DNA from: Cirrosporium novae-zelandiae
Lineage: Eukaryota
Direction: 5' to 3'
NCBI GenBank assembly: GCA_026023565.1
Contig: JAPETS010000010.1
Location: 496,001 to 560,000 of the forward strand
Length of the DNA stretch: 64,000 bases
Below are positions 12,701 through 24,683 of this stretch, one piece after another (position 1 is the stretch's first letter; each line of letters begins with the position of its first letter). The notes under the pieces were generated by a model. The model was given only the letters and a program-made list of their open reading frames with translations. It was not told the DNA's origin and made no database searches. The position numbers were made by a program, and so were the translations under genes.

Positions 12701-15700
12701 GACGGCGATCGAGGCCACTCATCTTGACCTAGTTGATCGCTGTGTTAAGTTGCTGACTTCGGCTGCAGCTAAATTAAAATCCTTTACTGATGGCATATTG
12801 AGTGGCGAAGATGAGCCTATGGTGATCGTTGCGACGGATGCTGAAATCCAAAAGGAAGAATTGAAATTTATTCGTTCTCTATTATTTCTACGAGAATTTC
12901 TCCAAGGCATGCGAACGCGACCGATGTATAGCCCCCCTATGGGGACCCGATCACCGATTGATCTAGCAAATCTGAGGGGGAATGTCATGAATATCAAATA
13001 TCAGGTTTTTAATGGAGCTGAACAGACCGGTATCAAAACACTCCAAGTTGGCGATATGAATACAGGTGGTGAATTAGCGGAAATGCTCATCGCCATTACG
13101 GGGTTTTCGAGATTTTCGGTCATAGTCGGTGGAGGGAGAATTGATCTTTCAGCTGTCAAGTCTGAAACGCTGAAGGAGCTTAATATCGGTCAACAAGGAT
13201 TGCTAATTGTCAGAAAGGCGCCTGGGGCAGAAGAAATCCATAAACCGAACCTTCAACAAAGTGTTTCTTCAGTAGATGCAGAAGTACTCCAGCATTTTGA
13301 CAAACTTTACAACCTCCTTGATCTTGATGAAAAGTTGGCTAGTAAGATCTACGACCTCCTTGTTCAATTTCTACCCCAGAAGCAAATATATGAGCTCATT
13401 GAGTCTGAAAATGTCAGCCCAGAGGTGGTATTCCCACCACGTCAAGCTTATAAGATCCTATACTCCCTTCGAACTCTTAATGCTTGTCTCAAAGAGCACT
13501 TGAAAACAAATCCCAACGACCAAAATTTCGTCTCTCACGGGATCCGGCTTCTATCAGCAACTTTAGTTCAAGATGAAGTTTGTTCAACAGTTTCAGACAG
13601 CGCATTCAAACTTTCTGTTGCTCAGCAGCTTGTCGCTTCTTTATTGTTTTTCCTCAGAGAAAGAGATCGGGAGGGAAGGTCTTTATCAGATGTTGTTAAC
13701 GGGAAAACATTAGGAACTTTGAGGTCTTTAATTGATGCTGGCCAAAGTACAGTTGCCATTTCAACAGTCGAGTCTCCCTACCTAGTCTGTCAAAGCTTTG
13801 AATGCATAATTGAGCTTTGTATTCAGAGCCCAACAATCTGGAAACTTTTCCAACAAGAGTCTGATCTTACTAAGATTCTGAAAAGCCTTTTACTTGATGA
13901 GCAGAGATCTAATATTCGCAGAGGGATTGCAGCAGTTACTGCTAGTATTTGCTGCAGACTAGAGATGTAGGATCTTAATTCAACCTTTCTCATGGCATGG
14001 GCTAACATTCTATCAGAAAATCTGGAGCAGGCTTCGATGACTTTCTTTTCACCTTTTGGCAGTCTATGCTATCAATCATACCCGAGACAACACATCACTT
14101 TGATTCATCTGCAGAGACTCTCGAAATTGCCCATGTCGTTTTCTCAGCTATAGGGGACAGATTCCAGGATAATCTCCCCCTTCAAGATTACTTTTCACAG
14201 TGGAGTTCATTACTCCTCTCGTACAACCATCACGAGTCAGTTGGCATGGAAAGAGTAGACCACATTGTCCTGGGATTGGCGAATCTTCTTGGGGGTTGCA
14301 TAGACCTTGCTAAGTTACGCAAATACCAACTACAAGATGGGTTCGTTTGCTCTATTTATCCCAGTTTAGCCTTCACTAACATCAAATCTAGAAATCTGAC
14401 TGAAAAACTTTTTTTCCGTTTCATGTTCCCGGCTCTTTCTGAAGATAAGGGCTCCCTGGAGCAACGTCTGGAACCCAAAGTACCCATACTGTCTTCCCCA
14501 ACGCGTAGTGAAATATACTCGATTCTTTTAGACCTGAGTTCTAAGAATGGGGAATCCGAGAGGCTTTTAAACCTTGTGAAGGACCTTGTTCTTCAAGGTG
14601 CGTTTGACCCTCATTGGCCCTGGTATATTGCCAGTACTCAACGTAAAAAAGGCTATACCATGGAACCAAGTTTTAACTTTGACCGTTCCAAATCCATTCG
14701 ATCCTCTGCCGGTTATGCTGGTCTTCGGAATCTTTCCAACACTTGCTATCTGAATTCGCTGTTCACGCAGCTGTATATGAATTTAGACTTTCGAAAGTTC
14801 ATGTTAGAGATCAATATTCCCGACCCTAGCGGCTCACAGAAATTATTGAACGCAATCCAGAAGGTATTCGGATTTATGCAAGATACGTGGCTTAAATGCG
14901 TTGATCCTGAAAGCATAGCCACTTCTATCAAGACATACGACAATGAGCCGATCGATGTGGCTAATCAGATGGATGTAGACGAGTTTTACAACCTTCTTTT
15001 TGACAGACTAGAAAGCCAGATACTATCAGACAGGGACAAGAACCAGTTCCGCTCTTTCTATGGTGGGCACTTAGTTCAACAAATCAAAAGTCAAGAATGT
15101 GCACATATTTCCGAACGGGTAGAACCATTCTCCGCCATTCAATGTGATATTAAAGGGAAAGGCTCGCTGGAGGAGAGTCTGCGAGCGTATGTCGAAGGGG
15201 AAATCATGCAAGGTGACAACAAATACAAATGTGAGGCTTGTAATCGTTTTGTCAATGCCGTCAAGAGAGCATGCATGAAAGAAATTCCTGACAATATGAT
15301 CTTTCACCTTAAACGTTTTGATTTCGATATGAACACGATGCAACGAAGCAAAATCAATGACACCTTCCGATTTCCAACGGAAATAGATTTAGCACCGTAT
15401 CATATATCCGGCATAAATGATCCTCACCCTGAACGGGAACCAGATATGTTCGAATTGGTTGGAGTTCTTGTCCATAGTGGAACAGCTGAATCAGGACATT
15501 ATTATTCTTACATCCGTGAACGCCCGAATACCCAAACTGGTGACGCTCGATGGGTGGAGTACAACGATGCGGACGTAACGAGGTTTGACTCCGCCACAAT
15601 CCCTGATCAATGCTTTGGCGGTTGGGGCGAAACCTTCCCTGGAGGACCATGCCCAGTCCGTATGCAGAAGGCCTGGAATGCCTATATGCTGTTTTATCAG

Positions 15701-17704
15701 CGAGTTTCCAGTCTTGCAAAGACCGAGGAGGATTTTGTGCCACAGGAAGTCGGGAAACCAGCAAGGGTGTTGCCTTCTGTACAACTGTCGAATCAAATTG
15801 CCATGGAGAACGAACGTTTCATCCGCCAGTATTGTTTATTCGACCCTAGCTATCCTCATTTTATCAAAAATCTGATCGAGAATGTTCGTGGGCAATATCA
15901 AGGTGGCTGTTCTAATGATCATCGCATTGAATACGAGACAACTCAAATAGCCCTGCAAGTTGTCGAACTCGTCGTTGCCCGATCTAAAGATCTCCCAGAG
16001 TTTGATGGACTTATGGCTATGCTGGACAAATACAACAAGAACTGTATGCAGTGCAATAAATTGGCTATTGACTGGATCGTATCCCAGCAGCAGTTTTCGC
16101 GCAATCTCTTGATGAGAAATCCTCAAGCACATGTCAGAGAAACATTCTGCAGGCTGTTGGTCATGGCTCTCCGATATGGACACGAATCAGAATCTCCGCT
16201 ATATGGTCTTGAACCTTCTCAGCTTCAGGACCCTGGGTATGACGATCATGTGCCCAATGGCACGTTTCATAGTATTACCTCAAGTCTGCTAAAACTGTCA
16301 GCCTTTCTATCTGTACATCAACGCTGCTGGGATGATTATTTTGCCATGTTCGGAGCCTTGGCCAACATAGGAACAGTAGAAGCATATGCTCTTATCAAAA
16401 TGGGCTTGTTGCAGACGATTCTTGAACTTCTTATTGTTCATGATGCCTCTGGTCTTTCTGACTTTAAGTACAAATACCAGAATTATATTCGGGCCGTTAA
16501 CGAAAGAGGAAAGCGATTCTCCTATAGTAAACTATTAACTCTACTACGAGTCCTTCTATCAAAGGTTGACCTGTCCGGCACGTGCAGTCACACAGAGAAC
16601 CGATCTTTAGACGATGAATATTTCCCACTTTCGGATGACGAGGAGCAGCTTTTACGCTTGCAGTCTCCAGGAAACAAGGATATCCTGATATGGTTTGATC
16701 GGGCCTTGCAGGTTCAGCAGAATATGCCTGCTGTCTGTGAAATCTTTGAGATGCTTCTGCGGCCCGAACCTGAGTTTGGACTTTACCCAAGTGCTTTTAC
16801 AACCATTTGCAATGGGTTAATGAGTGACCCGGCAAACTTAGCTGCTCCATACCTTCAGGTATCGCTTGTCATTTGCGAATATCACAAGGTCGTAGACGAT
16901 ATCGAAAACTTGTTTGAGAAAATAGCAAAAGGAGTTGAAACTCTAGAAGGACATGGCGGAAGAGAACACCTGGAGTTCTTCGAGCGACTGGTTGGGATTC
17001 GTAACAAAACTGCCGCGGCAGTGGAGATTTCATTTACGGACTTAGTAACTCGCAAGTCACCAAAATGGGCACCTCCACTTCTCGTCTACTGGGACCAAAA
17101 TGTTCGCGATGGCACTATTGCTTTGCTTCAGAAACTTCTTACCAATTTCCATTCCGACACAGACGATGATGATGATCGAGCGCAACAGACAGCTGTTACT
17201 GGTCGAGAGCTTGCCAAAGCCTATCTCAGAAAGGTTAAAAGTCTTTATATGAACCCCCAAGGACAGCAGCCCGTTGCTAGTGCCGTAGCAACCATTCAAG
17301 AAATCCTCAAGTTCTGTATAGAAAGATATTTTGACCCAGATCATACGGAGCAACAGCACTTCATTCACATAGCCAAGAGTATGTCTTTTCACATTAAACC
17401 TCTTTCGTTCAACTCACTAACAGCTTTCGGAGATGTTATGCAAGACCTGTCCTATCGTGCTGTTGACGAAATAGCCGATGATGTCTCTGGTCAGTCTTAG
17501 CAACCCTAAAGGTCCCGTAGGTAGTCTATGAGTATTTACCTCTTTACATTTATCGAATTATCAATAAATACTTGTGGCTACCCTACTGTGTTCCTGCTCT
17601 TAGGCCAAGCCCATGCTAATTTATATTGAATAGATGAATGGGATGACAATTCGGCATTTGCTAGCGAATCAGAGCTTGACCCATTACAAATGCCATCTGA
17701 ATGA
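9708..17704 (+). CDS. Large ubiquitin carboxyl-terminal hydrolase (peptidase C19, USP34/USP24-like, DUF3517-like C-terminal region); ~7 exons
   Basis: Cys box GLRNLSNTCYLNSL, QMDVDEF, His box GVLVHSGTAESGHYYSYIRER, WVEYND, NAYMLFYQR. Introns at 10381-10437, 13967-14016, 14341-14391, 14598-14651, 17379-17423, 17490-17633. Last exon ends in TGA at 17702-17704. Confidence 0.9.
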
Positions 17705-18933
17705 TCGAGCATCCCGAATTTCTCGAATGATAACGGTTCCAGCGAGGAAGAAATATCCTCATTTATGAAATGCGGAGTTAATTGGGATTGGTGTTCAAAT
17801 GGAAGGATCAAGAGAACTCGGTATGATGAACTAGAGACGATTGTCAAGGTCTGGCTCTCCAGCATTGACGTGGGATTCATTTCACGGTTGCCGCATTCAA
17901 GAGATCGTCATGTCTATTAGTTTCCTAGCGATTATTTCCTCTCGAGGCGTTCTACTTTCTCTGGTGGGAAAACTACGGGTTAGGAGACACGGCGAAACGC
18001 GATGAAGGAACTTTGGTCAAAGAAGTCTACCTAATATGGTTATGAATTTGGAACTTACCGTGCGTTCCTGGAATGGCTGAAATTAAAAGCATGTGCAAAC
18101 GAATATTCTTTCGAGTGGGATGATGTGCGTGCTACGCTCTGCGCGTATTGTCATTTTCCCATCTCATGTCTTTGATGATGATGAGATTTGAATAAGGATA
18201 CGAGATACCTATAGACGCAATTTTTTCTTGATCCCTTGTTTCGAGTCTCGTTTGTATTTCCTACTTAGTGTTCTAAAGCGGACCTAGGTCATCTTGTCAG
18301 TGAAGAGGGGATGAGAGCCTAGGATTTTCTGTTAGAATTAATAGCTAGCCTAGGTACAAGTGTTATAAATAACCATGAAATGACACCGAGTATATCAAAA
18401 CTCCCATCGTAAGCAAGGTCTATAACTAGTAAGTTGAAGGGGGTGATCTTGGTAAGGGAATAGGTATACATCGCAACAAAACCATTCTTACTAGTTAATA
18501 AGGCGATCCAAATCAGCTCTATGAAAATTTTTCATTACAGCATATCTAAGTCTTAGAATTTTTATCGGTTTCTACCTCAGATGACGAACTATAATGAAGT
18601 TGGTTGTTACAGTATTAATTTTTAAATTCATTTCTATCCAACAATTGGCGATGAATAGAGTATTAGTGGTGGAGAGACTGGAGTGATTGATAACCTCCTC
18701 AAGCTCCCCTATATGGATCTAATTATTTTGGTTGCTCCTTCCCTCAGATTCTCTATCGACGCTGGACCATAGAGAGATGCACAGTTGCCGGCACTAGATA
18801 TCATAAAACGCCTCCCCCCTTAAACGCCTAGGTATCATATTTTTTTATCACATTTTCCAAAAGTAGACCGTAAACAATTTTCCACCTGGGGAAACGCCAA
18901 ATAAATGCTGTAGTTATTACTCTTTTAAGATTT

Positions 18934-20046
18934 TTATAAGGCATCTTCGAACTCTGCATCATCCTCATCCTCATCATCTTCTGTCAGTTTTGCCTTCTTC
19001 GCCTCCGGTTCGTCAGCATCATCCTCATCTTCATCATCTTCCTCCTCTTCCTCCCTGGCCTGTCGGGCTTGCTCCTCTTCAAGCCGTTTAAAGTAAGCAG
19101 CCATCACGTCGCTATCGGCTTCGGGCTGTCTCTTTTGAACAGACCCCTCTGGGACTGTTGAGTTTTCTTCAGTTATTAATGCCACCCCTTCGTTACGTAC
19201 TAATTCACCAGTGACAGTTGAATTTGTGTGCCAGACTGGAAGCTGGTTTTGTGCAGCAAGCGCTGCCTTGCGCTGGTTTTCTGCTGCAGTCTCGGCCGCG
19301 GTGCGCTCAGAGTTAGTAGTGACTGAGATTTCAAGTTTATGTTCATCCGTTTGGGCAGCAACTTTGCTGGGAACAGCGCGGACAGGATTAAGCACCGTGG
19401 TTGCCCGAGATGGATGTTGTTCGTCACGTGGCACCGGAACTAGGCGTTGGTATGCGGATTCGAAGTCATTCTCAGGGATTGTGGCAGCGTCAATGGCAGG
19501 GAGAAGCCGTAGTAGTGGTCCGATTTGACCCATCAGACGAGAGAGTTTCTCGTGGCCACCTTTGTCAGCTTCACTCTCTTTCTGTTGTTCGAGGTACCCT
19601 CCGCATCTTTGGCAGAGGAAGCCGCGTTCGTCATAGTTGCTAAGAACTTCCATTTGTGTCCACTGTGCACCACACCCAACACGAGGACAGTAGTAGTCCT
19701 TCTTCTCGATGGACGGAATATATTGATCATTGACTTGCGACTGGAGGTGGTATATTCGGAATTTGATACTATCGATTGCCGTATGCAGTGGTATGTAATA
19801 GTAATCTCTGGACACGGGTCTGTTATTTCCATCTTTAATCTCCTGGCGCGAGTGCACGGCGATGAGTCGATCCTCGCGAAGCTTGCCGCACAGTTTGCGA
19901 AGTTCTTTTATTTGGAACCCAAGGATATAAGAGAGATCATCAGGATGGCAGACAGAGTGAATGAAGAGGGCATCGATGATGATTGCATATCGGGTATCAT
20001 AAAAAGCACGGACGGCACTGCGAATAAGGGTTTTGGCAAGATCCAT
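18934..20046 (-). CDS. TFA1: Transcription initiation factor TFIIE alpha subunit
   Basis: Single-exon 370 aa: MDLAKTLIRSAVRAFY winged helix, zinc ribbon CPRVGC...FLCQRCG, QNQLPVWHTNSTV motif, acidic tail ending EFEDAL. Confidence 0.92.
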   Translation of the reverse strand: MDLAKTLIRSAVRAFYDTRYAIIIDALFIHSVCHPDDLSYILGFQIKELRKLCGKLREDRLIAVHSRQEIKDGNNRPVSRDYYYIPLHTAIDSIKFRIYHLQSQVNDQYIPSIEKKDYYCPRVGCGAQWTQMEVLSNYDERGFLCQRCGGYLEQQKESEADKGGHEKLSRLMGQIGPLLRLLPAIDAATIPENDFESAYQRLVPVPRDEQHPSRATTVLNPVRAVPSKVAAQTDEHKLEISVTTNSERTAAETAAENQRKAALAAQNQLPVWHTNSTVTGELVRNEGVALITEENSTVPEGSVQKRQPEADSDVMAAYFKRLEEEQARQAREEEEEDDEDEDDADEPEAKKAKLTEDDEDEDDAEFEDAL

Positions 20047-20643
20047 GGCAGGGGCAGCACTTCAGCGAAAGGTATTGATAGAAATTGTCGAGGTGAGGTT
20101 GGAGAAGTTAACGGGAGAGAGAAGGGTGGTTGAACCTTCCGAGCTCGCTGCGATGGCTCATCTACTGGTCAACAGCATAGTTGAGGACTAGAAAATTGCC
20201 GCTGCGTAAAAGAATGGCGTTGAGGGAGTGAGTTTCAAAGTTCGCTGAGATATAAGAAATGAAGGACAGTGAAGTACGACAGTAGTCGAGTGTTATGGTT
20301 CACTAAGATGATAGAAGTACTCGAGTAGATCAATCATTCCAAAATTCCAAAACCCATCCGTGTAACTAACTACTTTAGTAGATGAACCAGTGGTCTATGC
20401 GTTTATATCACGTGTACTCATGTGATCATACCTCTCGCTATCTAATCTGGTCGGCCTAATTAACAAGGTTTTGCCGAATCCAATTTGAGTGCACAACCAC
20501 CACCGCAGAATTTCATCAGTCGGAATCATACCTTTCCCCACCATATGTATCAGTTCTTGATTAATTGATTGGGGAGGATATCAATTGCATTAACCCAATT
20601 CCCTAAAACTATTTAAATAAAATTATTTACAGTAACTTCCGCT

Positions 20644-22611
20644 ATGTCTGCGCCAGAGTCTACATCCGCCAATATAACCTCTAATAACTCCCCGAACAAC
20701 TCGAGCGCGACTAGAGATCAAGAGCAGCGGTCATGGCGAGGAAATAAGAACGGTGGAAATGGAAATACTGGGCGGGGAGGTAGTCGAAAGAACAAGAGAA
20801 AAGATCTAGGACGTGCGGAGTGGAGGTATGAAACCTAGTTAGTCCACTTATCGAAGTGCATCTGTCGCTAACTAATGAAGTCGTACTCGAAATGTAGATC
20901 GACGAGCTCGCAATGAAACCGAACAAGCTAGCAAGAAGCAAAGGCTTGAAGGCGGTGATTCAGCGCCCATATACTCGACAAATTTTTCGAAAGAAGAGAT
21001 TACAAGCGAAGATCGCAGGCCTAAGAGGAAGGTTGCGGTGCTGATTGGATACTCTGGAAGCGGGTATAAGGGAATGCAATTGTACGCTGCTATCCTTCGA
21101 AAGGATTGCTTTTTGCTGCTAACTCTGAAAAATCCAGAAACAGCAAAGAGAAAACAATTGAGGGCGACCTGTTCAAAGCCTTTGTAGCGGCTGGTGCAAT
21201 TTCTAAAGCCAATGCCGATGATCCCAAAAAATCTTCCCTTGTCCGCTGTGCTCGTACAGATAAAGGTGTCCATGCAGCCGGCAACATTATTTCCTTGAAA
21301 CTTATCATCGAAGATCCCGACATTGTTAAGAAAATCAATGATTCCCTCGCCCCTCAAATACGGGTGTGGGGGATCGAGAGAACGAATGGGGCCTTCAGTT
21401 GTTATCAAACCTGCGAATCCCGTGTTTATGAATATCTAATACCAACACACTGCTTTCTGCCACCATACCCGAATAGCTTTTTGGGGAAGAAACTAGTTGA
21501 GCTTGCGGAAGAAGCCGGCGACCTGGAGGGATATCATCAAAGGCAGGAAGAGGTGGCTTCTTTTTGGCCAGAAACTGAAGAGAATGTCATTAAGCCAATA
21601 TTAGATAGTCTCGATGATCAAACTCGGGCTGCTGTTCTCAAGGCACTCAACGACGAGAGTGACGAGTCTGGAAATCCTGGTAGCATTGAAGCCGAAGAAA
21701 CACCACAATCTTCAAACAACACAAGTTCGCCAGTGGAAGCTATTTCCGAATCAAAACAAGCCACTGCCACTGAAGCTACATCCACTACGCAAGAACCAAA
21801 GGTAGATGACAGCACGCCCTTAGATACCCCTAACTCCGCCACTGGAAAAACTACGAATTCTTCCTCAACTTCCCAAAAAGATCCCATCCGCGAAATAATC
21901 AAGAGACTCAAAATTGCCATCGTAGCTGCCAAACGCACCTACCGTATTCCTCCATCCAGACTTGACCGCATCAAGCATGCACTCTCTCTTTACACGGGTA
22001 CCCACAACTACCATAACTTCACAGTCTCAAAACCCTTCAAAGATCCATCCGCCAACCGCGTCATCAAGTCCTTCATTGTTTCCAAAGACCCCGTTTTGAT
22101 TAACGGGACTGAGTGGCTAAGTCTAATGGTTCACGGCCAGAGCTTCATGATGCATCAGATCCGAAAGATGGTCGGCATGGCATCACTAGTAGTACGCTGC
22201 GGGTGCGTGCCCGAACGAGTCGTAGACTCCTATGGCTCAACTAAAATCTCAATCCCGAAAGCGCCTGGACTAGGACTCTGGCTCGAGCGGCCGCACTTCG
22301 ATAGCTATAACGTGCGTGCCGTGAAGGACTACGGACGCAATCCGATTGACTTCTCAAACTACAAAGAGGAAATAGAGGCATTCAAGGCCAGGGAGATCTA
22401 TCAGCGGATCTATGAAACCGAGGAGGAAACGAATGCTTTTGGTAACTTCTTCGCTATGGTTGATTTGTTTAGAGGTTCAGAGTTTTTGTGGCTTTCTTCA
22501 AAAGGGATGGAGGCTGCGAGAAAATGGAATCAGGGGGAGGAGGAGCTAAGTACCGATGTGGATGCTGAGAGTGAGGCTAACGACGAGGTGGATGGGAATA
22601 AGGAAAGTTGA
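20644..22611 (+). CDS. PUS1: tRNA pseudouridine synthase Pus1 (TruA family); 3 exons
   Basis: Exons 20644-20825, 20881-21081, 21138-22611. Motifs KRKVAVLIGYSGSGYKGMQ, catalytic ARTDKGVHA, GTHNYHNFT, HGQSFMMHQIRKMVG, IPKAPGLGL. Confidence 0.93.
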
Positions 22612-22940
22612 GCCTTAATTCCTGTAGTGATTGACAACATGGTCGTATAGATGGTGATAGCATGTGCAAGATTAAAGAGCGAAGAAAAGATTTCCTGTTT
22701 AGGGGATACATATAGTTACGCGTTAGAGTCCATCCTGCCATTAAATTACAACAGGATGGAAACAGGGAAAAAAAATGCATACAATATGATATTACTTATC
22801 ATTCTTTATACATTATTACACCTAAGATAGTGAAATAAACTCATGAATAAATAAGTTATTCCATTTTGTCTCTTCTCCTCCACTCTTTTTTTTTTGAATT
22901 CCATGAATCAAATCCCATCCTTATCATTCACCTCAATCAC

Positions 22941-24117
22941 TCATAAAGCTAGAACTGCGAACACCACCTAACTGACTATCGCTTTCATCGCTTTCACCAC
23001 CTAACCTACCTTATCCTATCTCTGCTTGACTTTTCCTCGCCGGTGAGGAGTTGTCGCTGCTCGCCGTACTCTTATAATAGCCACAGTTTGACATACTCGC
23101 ACTTCCCATATCACTAACACTAAAACTCGTTATTCTCACTAAAGTCGTGCTTGTGAGACCAATCATCCATTTCGTGAACGGCATATTGGTGACGCTGTTT
23201 CTAGGCAATATAGGATAGTCGAGGACGTTATCTACGATGTGGAGAACGCCATCCGAGAGGAGGTCCGATTGGATTATTTTTCGCAGCATTGACGAAGAAT
23301 GAATTCAGCGAAAATATTATAGTGAGGGTTAGCACCTTGGAAAGTTGGTAGGTGGGTGCCGTTGAATAGATTAGCGGTGTAGCAGACCCTGTGGCGGAGA
23401 AGTAATGGGGAGGGGACGTTGAGCAGGTAGCATTGGAGGAGGAATATAAGGATGGAAGGTTCAAGGGAGATCAAACCTGTGCCAACGGACTGGAAGGCTA
23501 TGTTATTGGGCGCGAATAGTGTTAGGTCGGAAGACGTACCTACGAAGAGAAGAAAGGTGTTAAAGATCGAAACGTCGAGGAGCAGTCAAATTGAAAGTTT
23601 CGAAGGTTGATGCAAAGTCGACAAGTAGGACTAAGAAAATGCCGATTATATGAAGCAAGTCTTTTTTTTATAGCTATCAACCGCGATCCCAGTCCAGACA
23701 CGAAGACGGGATCGTTCCATGGTTGCATAACACCGCTGACGACTTGCCCACCTGTGTTCGTGTAGGTATTATCCAAGAACCATGTCGCTGGAAAGGAGAA
23801 GCTCCCATTGAAAAAGAGCCTGAGGTGTGAATAATACCTTGAAGAACATGGTGGTGCTACAGAACTTCGCAGACAATGTTACCTATTATTGGCTTCAAAG
23901 TCGGATTCCAAGGGTAGTAGTATAAGGAAGTTTGTTAAAAATATCATTAGAGGGGGGGCAATAATAGTAAATATCGGAGGCCAAAAGTTTCTGGGAACAT
24001 TGAATTGAGTGAGGTTCCTTTGGGATTTGAGAAGCTGTGCTAGGTTCTTGCTACTGAGCAAGGGCAGAGCAATTGAAATGGATGCCAAGGACGAAAAAAA
24101 AGTGCAAAGTAAACCAT
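22941..24117 (-). pseudogene. Disrupted fasciclin (tandem FAS1-domain) cell-surface protein pseudogene
   Basis: Signal-peptide remnant from ATG 24117, frameshifted in a T8 run. FAS1 motifs are scattered over different frames: TIIAP, NTYTNTGGQVVSGVMQ..VFVSGLGSR, DLTLFAPNNIAFQSVG, FFVNAAK, IIQSDLLSDGVLHIVDNVLD. S/T-rich and hydrophobic tail with in-frame stops. Confidence 0.75.
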
Positions 24118-24683
24118 TTAGTTAAAAAGAAATTTGGAGACCTTTAATGGAGACACTCTGCTCCTTCAATCAACAACAGCATATGAACATCCCTAATTCC
24201 TAGAGAAACAAGAAAATACAAAGGGAAAAGTTGTAAATGGGAAACCCATTTCGATTTTCATTAATTCATCAGCAAGCGCTAGCTATTACAGTGGTAAAGA
24301 TAGCAGGTAATATACCAGGTGAAAAAAAAGTTGATATTGATAATGGATCGAATGTTGATTGATAATGTAGGGAAGTAGTAGGAATTAAGAGAGGAGACGG
24401 CACGAATTATATCTCGTCCTTCGTTATTGTTTGTTTGTTCAAGTTGCACGAGTCGAGGAACAAGGATTTGGACATGCAATGTAATTCCTATGGATACCAT
24501 GATTCTGCATTATTTTACTTTCCCTCCCTATTATCATTAGCCAGCAACCAAATCAATAAATAATGCAAATGGTAGTCGAATTTAAGTTTGGCTTTAGGGG
24601 TTTTTTATATTCTACAAAGTATTTTCTATGCTGCTATACAAAGTAAGTTAAATATAATATAATGGGTTTTCTGTTTTCCACCA

